From Pavona decussata (taxonomy: Eukaryota), in contig CDRNST010000006.1 of NCBI GenBank assembly GCA_977016875.1, positions 6,696,001 to 6,760,000 on the forward strand: 64,000 nt of DNA, read 5' to 3'. Positions 1 through 11,930 of the stretch are shown here, one piece after another (positions within the stretch are counted from its first letter, which is position 1; every line of letters starts with the position of its first letter). The translations under genes and the position numbers were made by a program. The notes below the pieces were generated by a model. That model was not told the DNA's origin. It did not search any database and saw only the letters and a program-made list of their open reading frames with translations.

Positions 1-289
1 GATTCAATTGCGCTTTCACCTTTACCGTTTTGCAGTAAGATGCTGTAGAAAATTCGATTTCTCTTGCTGTATGTGGCCCTTTGGTATCGATTGGCATAAA
101 TTTTTTAGACCACCCCTACCGAAGATATTGCGGCAAGCGACGACAACAATTTATTTTTATCTTATATATATAGTAATTATGACAACAACTGTCAATAATA
201 TTATTGGTTGTTGGCAAATGCTGTAAATGTCTCTTAGGAAAAACTCTACTTCTAAAACGTTCATAGATTTATCCAGTTTGTTGATAGAT

Positions 290-626
290 TCTCCCGTTTT
301 AGAGATTCCCCGTTTTTGATATTCCCTCTTTTAGAGATTCTCTATTTTAGAAATTTCCTGTTTTAGGGATTCCCCCTTTTAGAGATTCCCTATTTTAGAG
401 ATTCCCTGTTTTAGAGATTCCCCCTTTTAGAGATTCCCTATTTTAGAGATTCCCTATTTTAGAGATTCCCCCTTTTAGAGATTCCCCCTTTTAGAGATTC
501 CCTATTTTAGAGATTCCCCCTTTTAGAGATTCCCTATTTTAGAGATTTCCCCTTTTAGAGATTCCCCGTTCCCCGTTCCCCATTTCCCATTCCTCCATTC
601 CCCGTTCCCTGTTTTAGAGATAGCCG
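290..626. repeat. 16-bp tandem repeat (TTTTAGAGATTCCCCN-like, ~17-20 degenerate units) ending in ATTCCCC/GTTCCCC short repeats; probably part of a non-autonomous DNA element
   Basis: Repeated 'ttttagagattccc' seen directly at ~290-570, followed by cattcccc-type 7-mers up to 'gatagcc'. Confidence 0.85.
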
Positions 627-885
627 AGATTAAATTCACTGAACGGAAGTCGGCTTTACAACAAAACGAAAAAGTGCGAAATAAAATTCTTCCCATCTTC
701 ACAACTTACCACCCGGCTCGAGAAATATTAAAAGAGCCTCCCGCTTATCTCATACCAAAAAGGAAAATCTTTAAGAGATATACTCGCGAGAGCAAAACCA
801 CATTGAAGACGTCGTTAAACGAGAAGTCACTTTTCACACCAGGAACTTACGAGTTGTGTCTGGCCTGTCAACACTTTATATTCGC
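626..885 (+). mobile_element. Penelope-like retroelement remnant (post-RT linker region, internally deleted)
   Basis: Translates across a frameshift as EIKFTERKSAL...ILPIFTTYHPA / REILKEPP / LISYQKGKSLRDILARAK, matching the 'LPFVTTYHP...PPxISYxKGKSLKDxLVRAK' signature of Penelope-like ORFs (recognised, not searched). Confidence 0.65.
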
Positions 886-2797
886 CGCCGAAATGGAATA
901 TCTGTTTTCACAAGTTCGACCAATAAGAAATGGTTATCTATTTCAATTAGGGAAGAACCAATCAAAAACTACCTACCATATTCGCAAAAGTACGTGACGT
1001 CAACGGACGACATTATAACGCTCGGAATTCAGACGTCTCTCTCTCCCGCGCCCCCTGTGGGTTAGGGGGAGGAGACGGCTGACATTTCAGACTAAAAGAT
1101 TTAAAACCATCTCACCAGGCATTGTTCAACTGGCGGCCGAACGAAAACTCCCTATGGAAGGAAACTGGGACTCAACTATTTTAGGAAAAGATCAAGGTGA
1201 GAGACCTGGTTGTTTTTAGTCAGTTGGATGCCCGATTTTGTGCTTTTTATGGGTCGAGTTGAATTACCGCCTATGTTTCTCTTGTGATGAGGGCAATGCG
1301 CTTCAGTCCGTTCGGATTCCCTCAAACTCTGGAAGAGGTGGGGGTGGTTTTATTTATTTAAACAAATATTTATACAGGAGATGTCCGGTTCAGCAGGACT
1401 GATTTAAATCTGACAGTTAATTTGCGTGGTTAGCCTAAAGGAAGGGATGTCATTTTCTACGCATGTTTTTGTAATTCTTAGACGCGAGCAGTCTAGATGT
1501 ACTTTACTAGAATTAGCTTTCGTAGCGCGCGTTGTATTTAGCAAGCGGCGAAGCGGCGAGTTTTTTGACAGCTTGATCGGTAATGAGCCAATCAGTATCA
1601 TTTGTATGTTAGAAGCCAAAGGACAAGTTAATAAGAGCATTATGTTGTCCTCATTAAACGGCATCTTACAACGCGGAGAAGGCGGGAAAGGACGTGACCA
1701 TGGCAACCAACATAGTAGCAGCAGTGTCAGCGATTCTCCGTACCAGGTTAGCTCGGCCAGTACCCTGAGAGACACCGAGAGTATCAGAGAGGTAATGCCT
1801 GTTGCTTAAGTTAAATATGAATCTTTGTAGTAGAGCGAAATAAATAAATTTTTACAAATGTTTGTTGTCTGACAAACCTGTTTGGCCTGCGCGGGTACTG
1901 GACCTATGGAGCTTTCTTGTTGGTTACTATCTTCTATGTGGTAGTTTCCTGACTTGTTTTTGTCAGATATCCTTATTTTGAAGTTGGCTGAGCTCACGTT
2001 TTTATTGGTTTCTACTGACTGTCAGAGGTATTCTCGCCCCAGTCCGTTTGGGTAGAGGTTAGGGGTTGGCCGAGGAGTTGCTGACAGTTCTGGCCAGTTT
2101 GTTACTTTCTTTCTCTGTGCCTCCGAGTGCTCGTACGTTTTTAAGAGATCAGTTGCTAACGACAAACAAGAAATTCCAATGGATTATGATTAAAGTATCT
2201 ATCAAGTCAAAGAAAGACTGTCATTACTTACTTAGTAAAAATTGAAAAAAAAAAAAAAAAAGTCAAAAAACAAAAAACAAAAAAACCCTTATAAAAGAAC
2301 GAACCGTTGGCGAATGTCTCCCTGCCTTTTAGACTCGTCTGAAATGTTGTTTTGAATATTTTAACAAGCATTTCTATCAGTTTTAGGAACCACAGGGAAA
2401 TATTTTCTGTTTCTTGTAATAATAAAGCATTTAATTTAATGTGGTGCCACAGAGAAGGAAATTAATTCTTGTTAGCTTTTAGTAAATTGTGCTTTTCTCT
2501 CAGGATTCTATCGCTGATGTCAGTGAGAGAGAGCCAGGTGAAGTGAGGCCTCGAGATCCAATGGCTGTTCTGTTGAACTGCATTCAGAATTACAGGCCGT
2601 CAGCGGATAACAGCGCCAGCGAAGGAGAGTTGTTAACAGAGCATCTGCGCATGCCTAATGGCGGTCAGGGAAAGACTGAATCAAAGGAACCTGGTGAAGT
2701 AGGTTAGTGATACTGTTGGCGCTAGTTTATATATCAGAATTGCTTAAGAATAATCATCCCGGCAAATCTCTTAGTATTACATTGGATATTCAAGGAC

Positions 2798-2973
2798 TGT
2801 CAAATATTACGAGTTCGTCCACCACCAATTTTAACTTGTTTAATCGTTCGATTCCAATTCCACCATAACTACGCGAGAATCATACAAGATTGTAATGAAA
2901 ACTGAAACCTAGCTAGCTTGCGAAAGCATGAGGTCCAAATCACGTGTCTATGAACTGTCAATCATTTCTAACA
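2798..2973 (-). repeat. 3' LTR (176 bp)
   Basis: Identical by eye to 9049-9224; adjoined on the minus strand by the purine-rich tract GCGGGGAG (2974-2981). Confidence 0.97.
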
Positions 2974-3163
2974 CTCCCCGCATCTGTTCAACTTAGTGAT
3001 ACAGATGTACTTGTGAAATAACAAAACAAATACAACAAATGTAGCCCGCAAATTAATGAGTTCTTGAAGACCACTTGTGATCTCAGTTCCATTGCAACAT
3101 ACTGCAAAGTTCGAGAACATTAAAACACGAAAACGTTCAGCAAAATTCAAATAGTCAAAGTTC

Positions 3164-6100
3164 TTATGATCTCAGTCTCCGTATAATTTCTCCATCAATC
3201 GCCGCCCTCCTTCGAGGTCTGCTATCAACAGCTACTGTTCCTTGTTCAGACCGAACTGAATTCTCGGGCTGCGGCAATAGGTCAACGTTGGCCTTCACTT
3301 CGATTGGAATCAAATGCTTGACACTCCTCTTGAGTAAGTTTCCGGTATCTGCTACCCGCACAACTGCCGCTCTAACCTGGCCGTCACCGCCTGCTAGCAA
3401 TTCTTTGACGATCGCTAATTTCCACAGTGCTCTCTTGGTCGAATCCTTCTGAAGCAGTACGACGTCACCAACAGCAATTTCTGGATTCTCTCCCTTTCTC
3501 CTCGAATTCGTAGCGTGTGTTTCGCGTAAGTTCACCAAATACTCATTTCTCCAGGCAGCTGTAAACTGATTCAGCAGGCGTTTCTGGTGCTGCGACCGTC
3601 GCGTCAGCGTGTCATGGGTGCTAACAATTTCAAAGTGGCTTGAATTGGGAGTGCTCTGCAAGCGTCGACCATTGATCAAGTGTGAAGGAGTTAGCGCAAA
3701 GTTCACACCGTCCAAGTCATCGTAAACGTATACTAGAGGCCTAGCATTAACGACACATTCCACCTCTGTAAGTAGGGTACTGAGCTCTTCGAAACTCAGA
3801 CAACTCCGTCCGATCACTTTCTTGAGCGGTCTCTTTACGGTTTGAACTAAACGTTCCCAGAATCCGCCCCACCATGGGGCTTTGTCAACAATGAATTTCC
3901 ACGTTACACCGTTGTTTGCCATGTAATGGAGAACTTCTTGGGCTCTTGCTATTTTCACAACTTCCTTTGAAGCAGACTTGAATGTCTTGGCGTTGTCCGA
4001 TAGTAATGTAGCTGGCAAACCTCTTCTGCTAGTGAATCGGCGAAAAGCCAACAGAAAGGCTTCGGCACTCAGTCGTCTTGTTAGCTCCAAGTGTAAGGCT
4101 CTAGTAGAGGCGCACGTAAACAGGCAAACGTATGCCTTAGCTTCATCTGCGTTTGTTCCACCTTTATCTGTCGTGTATAAAGGACCTGCAAAGTCCACAC
4201 CTGTGTGTGTGAAAGGTGGACAATCAGAAACTCGTTCCTCGGGTAAATCGGGTGGCTGTGGTAGTGGGAATGGCTGTCCCTGCCCCTTTCGGCACTTCAC
4301 GCATCTTCGTAGACACCCTTTGACAGCTCGTCTTCCTTGCAATATCCAAAACCGCTCTCTTACAGACGTCAACGTTGTGTTTACTCCACTGTGCAGCATC
4401 CGCCGGTGATGGTCACCGATAATCAAATCCACCACGTAATGCTTTGAAGGTAACAACATTGGAGTTTTGGCTTCTTGATTAAGTGAACCGTTCTGAATTC
4501 TACCCTTGCATCGCACGATACCTCTCTCATCTATGTAGAGGTCAAACTGTCGCACAAGAATTGGAGCGGGCGTTTTTCTTGTCGACATCAAATGGCACAC
4601 TTCCTCTGGAAATGATTGGTTCTGTATGGACTTAATCCACAGTTCTTCGGCAGATCGGATTTCTTCTGCGTTCAATTCGGGACCTCTCTTCTCCCTTGAT
4701 CTCCTCGCAAATCGAAGGACGTAAGCAGTAATCCGCAACAATTTTGTCAAGCTACTGTAGCGGTTGGCATCAATGATTTGATGTAAGCCAGTCTGTCGCA
4801 CTTGTTCACCACTGACCAAAACATGTGTAATATTTGCAGGATTCTTTGCAATTTCTTTCATGGCATTTTCGTTGTCGGAGTGGGCGTTGTCCTTACGTGG
4901 CCATTCTTCTTCGACGTTGTGCAGAAATTCTGGACCCTTCCACCATTTGTCCTCGGTAACCAATTCGCTCGCTGTCATTCCACGCGAAGGGATATCAGCT
5001 GGGTTCTGTTCGCCGGGACAGAATTTCCACGACGCTGGAGGGGTGCTCTCACGGATCTCTTGCACCCTGCTCATGACATACTGTTTCCATGGCCTTGTAT
5101 TCCTGATCCAACATAAGACTGTCATGGAATCGACCCAGTACACAGTTTCTAACTTCTGGGGCAAGGCGTTCTGCACAGTTTTAGCGAGTCGTGCCAGAAT
5201 CGTAGCGCCAAGTAACTCAAGCCTGGGGATGCTCTGTTTCTTTAACGGTGCAATCTTGGTCTTCGATGCGATTAAATTGACTTCCACATGTCCATCTTCG
5301 TAAAGCGAGCGAAGATAAATGACCGCTGCGTATGCCCTTTCAGACGCATCGCTGAAGCAGTGAAGTTGCGCTGATTTCAGCAGACTTGCGGAATGGCTGT
5401 CGAAGTAACATCTCGGTATGCGAACACTGTTCAGTGTTTGAAGTTCGGCGATGAGTGAATTCCATTTCTTCAAGTGTTCGTCACTCAATTGTTCATCCCA
5501 GTCGGTGCGCTCATTACAAAGTACTTGAAATAAGACCTTCCACTGTATAGTAAATGGGCTCAACAGTCCAAGCGGATCAAATATTTTAGCCGAGATCTTC
5601 AGGAACGATCGCTTTGTTGTCGGAAGCAGCTTAGCTTGTTCTGAAAGATCAGACAAGTCGAACGTGAACTCATCGGTTGCAGTATTCCAAATTGAGCCCA
5701 ACACCTTTACAATATTGCTGTCAGCGGTCTTGTCGTCATTGACTGGTGGACCTGTTGTGGCCTTTGCATAGGATTCATCTTCTTCGGTGACAGTCTTCAT
5801 GCCTTCGGATACAGATGGGGGCGTCACTCCCTCAGTTGATCGGTTGATTGCCTCTCGTACAACGGTCGAGTTAGTGTTCCATTTTCGCAAATTGAATCCA
5901 CCTCGCTGCATAATTGATTTGGACTTCGAGTACAAATCCAACACCTCATCATCGTTCGCTTCTCCGGTAACGAGATCATCCACATACAGGGAATTCTTTA
6001 ACCGCTCGATCAATTCCATCTTGAACTCCTCTGATAGTTGCGCGTCTAAATGGTGTCGAATCGTCGATCCTAAAATAGCTGGCGATGGTCTCAGTCTAAA

Positions 6101-6240
6101 CACCAGTCTCGTAAATCTCAAATGTTCAATTTCGGATTTCAGGTCGCCAGGATCCTTAAACCACAAGAATCTCAGCATGTCCTTGTCGTTTTCGTTTATT
6201 CCAACCATCAGAAATGCTTTCTCGATATCGGCTGTCAGCC
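3164..6240 (-). CDS. pol: BEL/Pao pol: reverse transcriptase, Pao-type RNase H, integrase, C-terminal DUF5641-like domain (continuation of the upstream ORF after a frameshift)
   Basis: LTADIEKAF, YVDD, FDPLGLLSP, LHCFSDASERAY, SIPRLEL, NPADIPSRG, integrase HHCC (H...H...CVKC), GVDFAGP, SDNA, WWGGFWERL. This frame opens at ~6240, upstream of the listed 6208 Met. Confidence 0.93.
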
Positions 6241-9009
6241 CATCTTGTGCCAGCGAAATTTAACAAGAGTGTCAAACAACTGCGGTGTATAATTAGGACC
6301 AGTTTGAAGACAATCGTTCAAGGAGTGATTGCGTCCAGGTGGTTTAGCTGATCCGTCATACACAATTCTCAACTTAGTCGTTTCTCGATCTCTTCGGATC
6401 ACACCATGGTGCGGTAAATAATGCACAGTTTCGCTTTCGTTTACTTCGCCTTGTTCTGCGGGGACCTTTTCCACAATTCCCTGGCTAATTTGATCTTCAA
6501 TGATTCGATCGTATTCCTGAATTAACTCTGGTTCCTTCAACAACCTTCGTTGCAGAGATTTGAGACGGTTGACACACAGTTCGTAATCACTCGATATGAC
6601 AGGACAATTCTCCTTCCACGGGAGTTCCACTTCGTAACGTTCACCATTAAATCGCACATTGTCGTTGAAACAATCACTTGACTGCTCGCATTCCAATTCT
6701 CCTTTTATTCCGATAGATTCAGTTTCCCAGAACTGCTTCAAAGTGTCAACGAGGGGGTCTTGGGTGTGGTCGAACAAACCATTGCTGTTTCCCGATATGA
6801 TCAGGTTTGTCACAGTTGTTTCAGAACTAGTAGCGAACTCCGTAGGCCCTGAGAGCAGCCATCCGAACTTGCTATTGATCGCAGTAGGACCAAAGTCTCC
6901 GCGCACGATTTCATTGGTTACGAAGTCCCAGTAATGGTCAGATCCAATAAGGACATCAATCGAATCTTGGGAATCGGAGCAGTCCGCTAATTGCAGTCCT
7001 TGCAAATGCGGGTAGCTGCTTGTGTCTACTCTTGTCGGGAGCGGTGAACAAATAGCAGGAAAACTAAGGACAGAAACCTTCACAGTCTCGTCGTTGCAGC
7101 TCTCAAGATGCAAAGTTACAACATCGCATTTTTGTTTTCGAAAGTTCCTTTCTCCAAATGTGTTGAGGTGAAGAGTTTCCGTCTTTGTTGGTTTCAGGCT
7201 AAGCCTAGACTTGAGATTATCTGTTACATAAGAACGTTGGCTTCCACAGTCGAACAATATTTTCACCCTTGTGGATTTCGATCCATCTTGATTTGTTGCG
7301 AGCGCAGTTGCGGTTTGCAATAAGACGTGTCCTTTCGTTTCAGAACTGGCGGTTGTTGTGACTCTCTGAGGTTGTGTGTTTGCTGCGCGATCATCCATTG
7401 TGTGACCCTCCATTGCGTGACCATCCATTACGTGACTGCCCATTGCGTGACCATCCATTGTACGACCATCCATTACGTGACTGTCCATTGCGTGACTCAC
7501 AAGAGTCTGCGTGTTCTGCGAAAACTCGTTTGGGGTAGATGACTCTCTCGGTGAATTCGTTTGACGACACAGGGACTGGTGGTGTTTTCCGTTACAACGT
7601 CGACAGCCCAAACTACACGAACTGCTTTGATGACCGAACCGCAAGCAAACAAAACATCTTTGATCTCTTCGGAGAATTTCCAAACGAGCTTGCAGGTCGG
7701 TAACACGATTACAAGAAGCTGAATAATGACCGCCACCACAATAAGCACATTTAATTTGGGTTCCAGCTGGCGAGGGTCGCGTGCCTTCGTTAACCTTTGC
7801 GATAAGAGCTGCAGCAGACGGTGTTTTCATCTGATTGTATGTTTGTTTAGGTTTGTCAGCGTTCACTTTTACACCTTCGCTAATCTCTCGAGCCTCAACT
7901 TCCTGTCGAATCACATCCAATATGCCAGACATTTGCCAGACCTCTTGAGCCGTGTTTCTAGCGACTTGAATTCGTACTTCTTGCGGCAATTTGGACATAA
8001 TTACGGGAATTAACAAGCTTCCATACTGGCTAGAACTGACACCAAGGGACTCCAAACCGCGCACGTTTACACTAATCTTGTCATACACGAATCGGAGCTG
8101 TGAAGCCTTGTCGCTAGTACACCCAGGAATTTTCAGCAACTCATCCATGTGCGTTGAAATTATGTTCTGGGGCCTTCCAAAACGATTCTGCAAAATTTCA
8201 ATAGCCGATTGATAATTCGCGTCTGTTCGAGTCAATCCTTGTATAGCGCGTGCCGCTTGGCCTTCCAACAACGAGTGCAAATGATTGAATTTATCGATCG
8301 GGCTTAGATAAGGATTTACGTGAATGGAACTGTTGAAGCTATCCCAGAAAGTCTGCCATTGAGTAATTTCACCTCTAAACTTCGGTAGAATGAGCTTAGG
8401 TAACTTTGCCTTTGGATTAGCTAACGAGCTAAAGTTAGTTTGCTGAACCATACCTGCATGTTCAGTGCTCCCCAACGATTGTGTGTTTCCAGCGTGTAGT
8501 ACGTTCGCATTCGAACTCCCCGACGATTGCGTGTTTCCAGCATGTATTGTGTTAGTGCTCGAGCTCCCCGGCACATGAATTGGGGGATTTCCAGAATCCA
8601 AATTTACCGTTGTATTTGCGTGTTGATCTCCAGAAATAATAGGCGATTCAAGGGACACCAAGGGCACATTATTTCCACCAATTTCCTTATTGTCGGACTT
8701 GTCGGGGCCCTTCTCCACAGCGGCTATCGCATCCATGATCCTTCGTCGTATTTCCAACGCTCTTTCGTTAATTTCGTACGATTCTTCTATTTCGTGTTCG
8801 ATGTCTTCGACCTTACACGTTTCGAGAATCGCTTCGTCTAAGGATTTCACAATTTCCAACTTTTCTGCTAACGATTCAGCCAGAGTTTTCAATCGTGGTC
8901 GATTTAAGACCTCGTCTTTCAGCAAATCATGTGCTTCGTTCGCAAGCTTCGTCAATACAGTTCGATTACCACCGCGTTTAGCGCGAGACCGCGCTAATTC
9001 CTCGCTCAT
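6235..9009 (-). CDS. gag: BEL/Pao gag-protease-RT N-terminus (DUF1759-like domain, three zinc knuckles, aspartic protease)
   Basis: Likely start ATG at 9009 (MSEELARS). Motifs LPKLILPKFRGEITQWQTFWDSF; CAYCGGGHYSASC, CFVCLRFGHQSSSC, CRRCNGKHHQSLC; LFDCGSQRSYV; YLPHHGV; LRIVYDGS. Ends at a 1-bp frameshift near 6241. Confidence 0.93.
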   Translation of the reverse strand: MSEELARSRAKRGGNRTVLTKLANEAHDLLKDEVLNRPRLKTLAESLAEKLEIVKSLDEAILETCKVEDIEHEIEESYEINERALEIRRRIMDAIAAVEKGPDKSDNKEIGGNNVPLVSLESPIISGDQHANTTVNLDSGNPPIHVPGSSSTNTIHAGNTQSSGSSNANVLHAGNTQSLGSTEHAGMVQQTNFSSLANPKAKLPKLILPKFRGEITQWQTFWDSFNSSIHVNPYLSPIDKFNHLHSLLEGQAARAIQGLTRTDANYQSAIEILQNRFGRPQNIISTHMDELLKIPGCTSDKASQLRFVYDKISVNVRGLESLGVSSSQYGSLLIPVIMSKLPQEVRIQVARNTAQEVWQMSGILDVIRQEVEAREISEGVKVNADKPKQTYNQMKTPSAAALIAKVNEGTRPSPAGTQIKCAYCGGGHYSASCNRVTDLQARLEILRRDQRCFVCLRFGHQSSSCSLGCRRCNGKHHQSLCRQTNSPRESSTPNEFSQNTQTLVSHAMDSHVMDGRTMDGHAMGSHVMDGHAMEGHTMDDRAANTQPQRVTTTASSETKGHVLLQTATALATNQDGSKSTRVKILFDCGSQRSYVTDNLKSRLSLKPTKTETLHLNTFGERNFRKQKCDVVTLHLESCNDETVKVSVLSFPAICSPLPTRVDTSSYPHLQGLQLADCSDSQDSIDVLIGSDHYWDFVTNEIVRGDFGPTAINSKFGWLLSGPTEFATSSETTVTNLIISGNSNGLFDHTQDPLVDTLKQFWETESIGIKGELECEQSSDCFNDNVRFNGERYEVELPWKENCPVISSDYELCVNRLKSLQRRLLKEPELIQEYDRIIEDQISQGIVEKVPAEQGEVNESETVHYLPHHGVIRRDRETTKLRIVYDGSAKPPGRNHSLNDCLQTGPNYTPQLFDTLVKFRWHKMG
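7388..7497 (-). repeat. In-frame 15-bp tandem repeat (~7 units) in gag-pol encoding Met/His-rich pentapeptides
   Basis: Plus-strand 'ccattgcgtgaccat'-like units; protein SHAMDSHVMDGRTMDGHAMGSHVMDGHAMEGHTMDDRA. Confidence 0.9.
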
Positions 9010-9030
9010 TTCGTCGATTGTGTGTTCACC

Positions 9031-9048
9031 GCCCCACGTTGGGCGCCA
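9031..9048 (-). promoter_or_regulatory. Primer-binding site, tRNA-Lys(1,2) type
   Basis: Minus strand TGGCGCCCAACGTGGGGC immediately internal to the 5' LTR; matches the canonical 18-nt Lys1,2 PBS. Confidence 0.92.
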
Positions 9049-9224
9049 TGTCAAATATTACGAGTTCGTCCACCACCAATTTTAACTTGTTTAATCGTTC
9101 GATTCCAATTCCACCATAACTACGCGAGAATCATACAAGATTGTAATGAAAACTGAAACCTAGCTAGCTTGCGAAAGCATGAGGTCCAAATCACGTGTCT
9201 ATGAACTGTCAATCATTTCTAACA
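9049..9224 (-). repeat. 5' LTR (176 bp)
   Basis: Identical by eye to 2798-2973; adjacent to the PBS; followed by TSD AGGAC. Confidence 0.97.
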
Positions 9225-9584
9225 AGGACGTTCACTGAATTTTGTTCTTGAACAATTTCGAAGGTAACTGATTAGCCCTTCATTCTCGGAGTCAACAAAG
9301 AAAAAAAAAATAAAGAAACAGGTAGAGTCTGTGGTTGGAACACTCAACTAAAAGCTATTCAGTAGTACTTTTTATCTTGGTCGCTCTTTTGAGACGAACT
9401 CTTATTGTGTAATTCAAAGTACATCGTTTTTTTTCCAGTCACCTTTCCTGAAAGAAACCTGCCAAAAACACCAAACGTGGGCACAAAAATGCATTGTAAT
9501 ACAACAAGACGGTGGAGGCGTGGGAGCGTAGTAGTTTGCGCGCTGGACCTTTCGGTCTTTTGGTAAAATATCGGAGGGTTGTTC

Positions 9585-9745
9585 TCTGCATTGTCGTGTT
9601 GTAACTTTACTCCACATTGTCTGTTTTCACCCAGGTATATAAATGGGTACCGGTTACATAACCCTGCAATAGACTAGCATCCCATCCAGGATAGTGAAGA
9701 GGAATACAAATACTCCAAGTTGCTTTATAGTAGAGCTAACCGGCT
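9585..9745 (+). mobile_element. Degenerate SINE remnant (also at ~20070-20232 and ~43670-43830)
   Basis: Contains 'cacccaggtatataaatgggtaccgg' and 'aaccctgcaatagactagcatcccatccagg', a core typical of cnidarian tRNA-derived SINEs (recognised from memory). Confidence 0.65.
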
Positions 9746-11930
9746 CAAAGTGTGACTTAAAACAAGTACATCAGGCTTAGAATTTTTCACTTCTTTTGTT
9801 ATTTGCAGTCCAAAGGAAACTCTCTCCGGGTGAAGTGGTAGTGTGGGAGCCGTCCGGTGCAGTTGGGGACCTTCCTCCTCCTTTACCTGGAAAATTCACA
9901 TTGGATGACGAACCTGTGGATGTGAAAAACGCCAAAAGTACCAGCACACTCAAAGTCTTTCCGAGGAATGCCAACGGAGAGCCGAGTCACGACGAGCGTT
10001 CTCTTCATGCTTCGGATTTGTTGCCGGGAACGCTCGGCACAGATACCTCTTTTCCCACTGCACAACAACGACAACAGAAACAGCAACAGCAGCAACAACA
10101 ACAACACGCTAAGCCGAGGGTAATTCATGTTGAAGAAAAGGACAGTCAACTATCAGAGACAAGTTTACAAAACACTTATTCTGTAGAAGAGCGCAGACAA
10201 GGAGCTTCTGCATTGGCTGATGATAACAGAGAGGAAGGGAAGAAAAATGTTTTCACGAGCGAACAAGATGGATTAGGCTTTAAGGGAGAAAGTAATGGGG
10301 CTGTTGAACTTGATGAGGAAGGCATTGAACCTCAACAGCCAACTAAAATCCAAGTTATGCTACCGTCAGTTGATAACAGTGTTCATGAAGAAAGCTCGGC
10401 ACACGTTTCTGTTGATCAGGATACGTTTGGTGACGTGTCTTCCATTTCTGGAGGGGATTTTTGAGTGCAGTGGAAGCAGTGATAATTATTTATAATAAAA
10501 TAGATTGTTAGAAGCATGAAAATTGCTTCAAGGCTTTGCTTTTAAACTAAATGTTTTTGAAAGTGGTCTTCAACTTGGTGTCGAAAGTAATTTTGTTTGT
10601 TTTGGTTTTGTCTTGCTACGATTTGTGATTGCCTAAGGAAACTCGGCCACTAATTCAACCAGATGTAAGGAAAACCAAACGTGAAGCTATCGTGGCTTGC
10701 TCGCGCGCGTTTTCCCGCGCGTGGGTTATTTACATATGCTGTTTGTGTCTGTTGTGATTGGCCAGGGCGCATCGCCGGATAACTTTGGTGTTGGTGCTGT
10801 GTTACACGGTTGAAAACCGCTGAACAGCGAGGACACCGCATAAGATTTGAAGCCACACACGACTGTTTCTCTTTTCCACAGGATATTAATTTTCATCGTA
10901 TAACTGTCAAATATAAAGGTCGTTTTACCCGTATGAAGCATTTGTAAGCAGAAGCACAAGCAGTCTTATTGTAAATTGACCGTGGGCAACACTGCAATGG
11001 TAGCACCAACTTGTGTTGTTTGCTTCGTACGTGTAAACCTGAGGGAGAACAACATTGTCCTATGACGCATGCGTTGTTCTCCCTCAGTCCTTTAGAAATC
11101 GTGGGGGAGGGGGGCCGTGGGTGGGGGTGAAGGGGTGTATAGTTTTCAGATATAAGGAGTGGGTAATACAGAAGGGAGTGGTGGAATCGGAGAAAACTAA
11201 GGAAAAAAAAATACGGAAAGAATGGAAAGTTCCCCAAAACTCTGAATGTAAACCCCTCCGAAAATAATCCCACCTTAAGAAGGGCCCCAAATCTCTATTA
11301 TCTTCGATGATAAACCCAACAGACCAGAGCTGAGACAATGGACTATTTTAGCTTGCTGTTTTAGGCTGTTAGCTTCGTGTTTCACGCTAATTTAAGTTCT
11401 TCTCATTGTCAAGCCGCAAAATGCTCTCCAATATCATATCATGCGCCCCGCCAACAAGCCAAACATGAACAAGAGTCCTTTCAACGAATAAAGACCAGCG
11501 CTTATGTTGAGAATTTTACGATGGTTGCGGAAACAACCTTTGGTCCTTAAATTTGAACATAAAAATGTTGTGCTGGTGTTAGTGAGGAGTAAGGGGGCTG
11601 TAGAGCCTGTCGTAGATACGCCACTGGCCGGTTCCATATAAGGGACATCTCAACAAGTACACAGTTCCGTGATAAATAATTTTCATTTAACGGTAGAAAC
11701 AAGTTTTCATTCGTCACTCGCATTTTCCAACCTTTTTCTTTCCTTTGGTGTACCACTGTTTTTTTTTTTACTCAACATTATCGATTTCACTCGCTTTGCT
11801 TTATTAATGTATGACTGTCAGACTACAAAATTTTGTTTCTTTATCATTTACGGATCACAGTTTGTTCTAAATCAAGTCCGGGGTGAAATGCTGCGACCCC
11901 GTTTAACACGCTGTTACATCTGTGAACGCA

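Larger units (their letters stand above)
2798..9224 (-). mobile_element. Full-length BEL/Pao LTR retrotransposon
   Basis: Two 176-bp TG...CA LTRs; 5-bp TSD AGGAC at 2793-2797 and 9225-9229; PBS and PPT present; gag-PR-RT-RH-IN order; empty sites in sister units (~19690 'caatgacgttcac', ~43290 'caagcacgttcac'). Confidence 0.98.
1657..10464 (+). pseudogene. Duplicated 3' exons of an unrelated gene, copy 1 (exon ending 1791; exon 2504-2702; terminal exon 9809-10464), possibly TALPID3/KIAA0586-like
   Basis: Splice signals GAG|gtaatg (1791), ttctctcag|GAT (2504), GTAG|gttagt (2702) and atttgcag|TC (9809) are phase-compatible and give ...TESIRE/DSIADVSEREPGEV...SASEGELL...EPGEV/VQRKLSPGEV...KIQVMLPSVD...GGDF*. 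The acceptor of the first exon is missing and no 5' part of the gene is evident. The LTR element lies in the last intron. Confidence 0.6.

Noticed and set aside
2974-3163. Possible env or extra ORF downstream of integrase
   Set aside because: Only ~190 bp separate the pol stop from the 3' LTR; the 60-aa ORF there has no recognisable features.
6235-6245. Programmed ribosomal frameshift between the two retroelement ORFs
   Set aside because: The break falls inside the RT domain, not at a gag/pol boundary, and no slippery sequence is evident; a 1-bp deletion or assembly error is simpler.
3978-9085. Several 70-158 aa plus-strand ORFs inside the retrotransposon
   Set aside because: Antisense shadows of gag-pol with no recognisable motifs.
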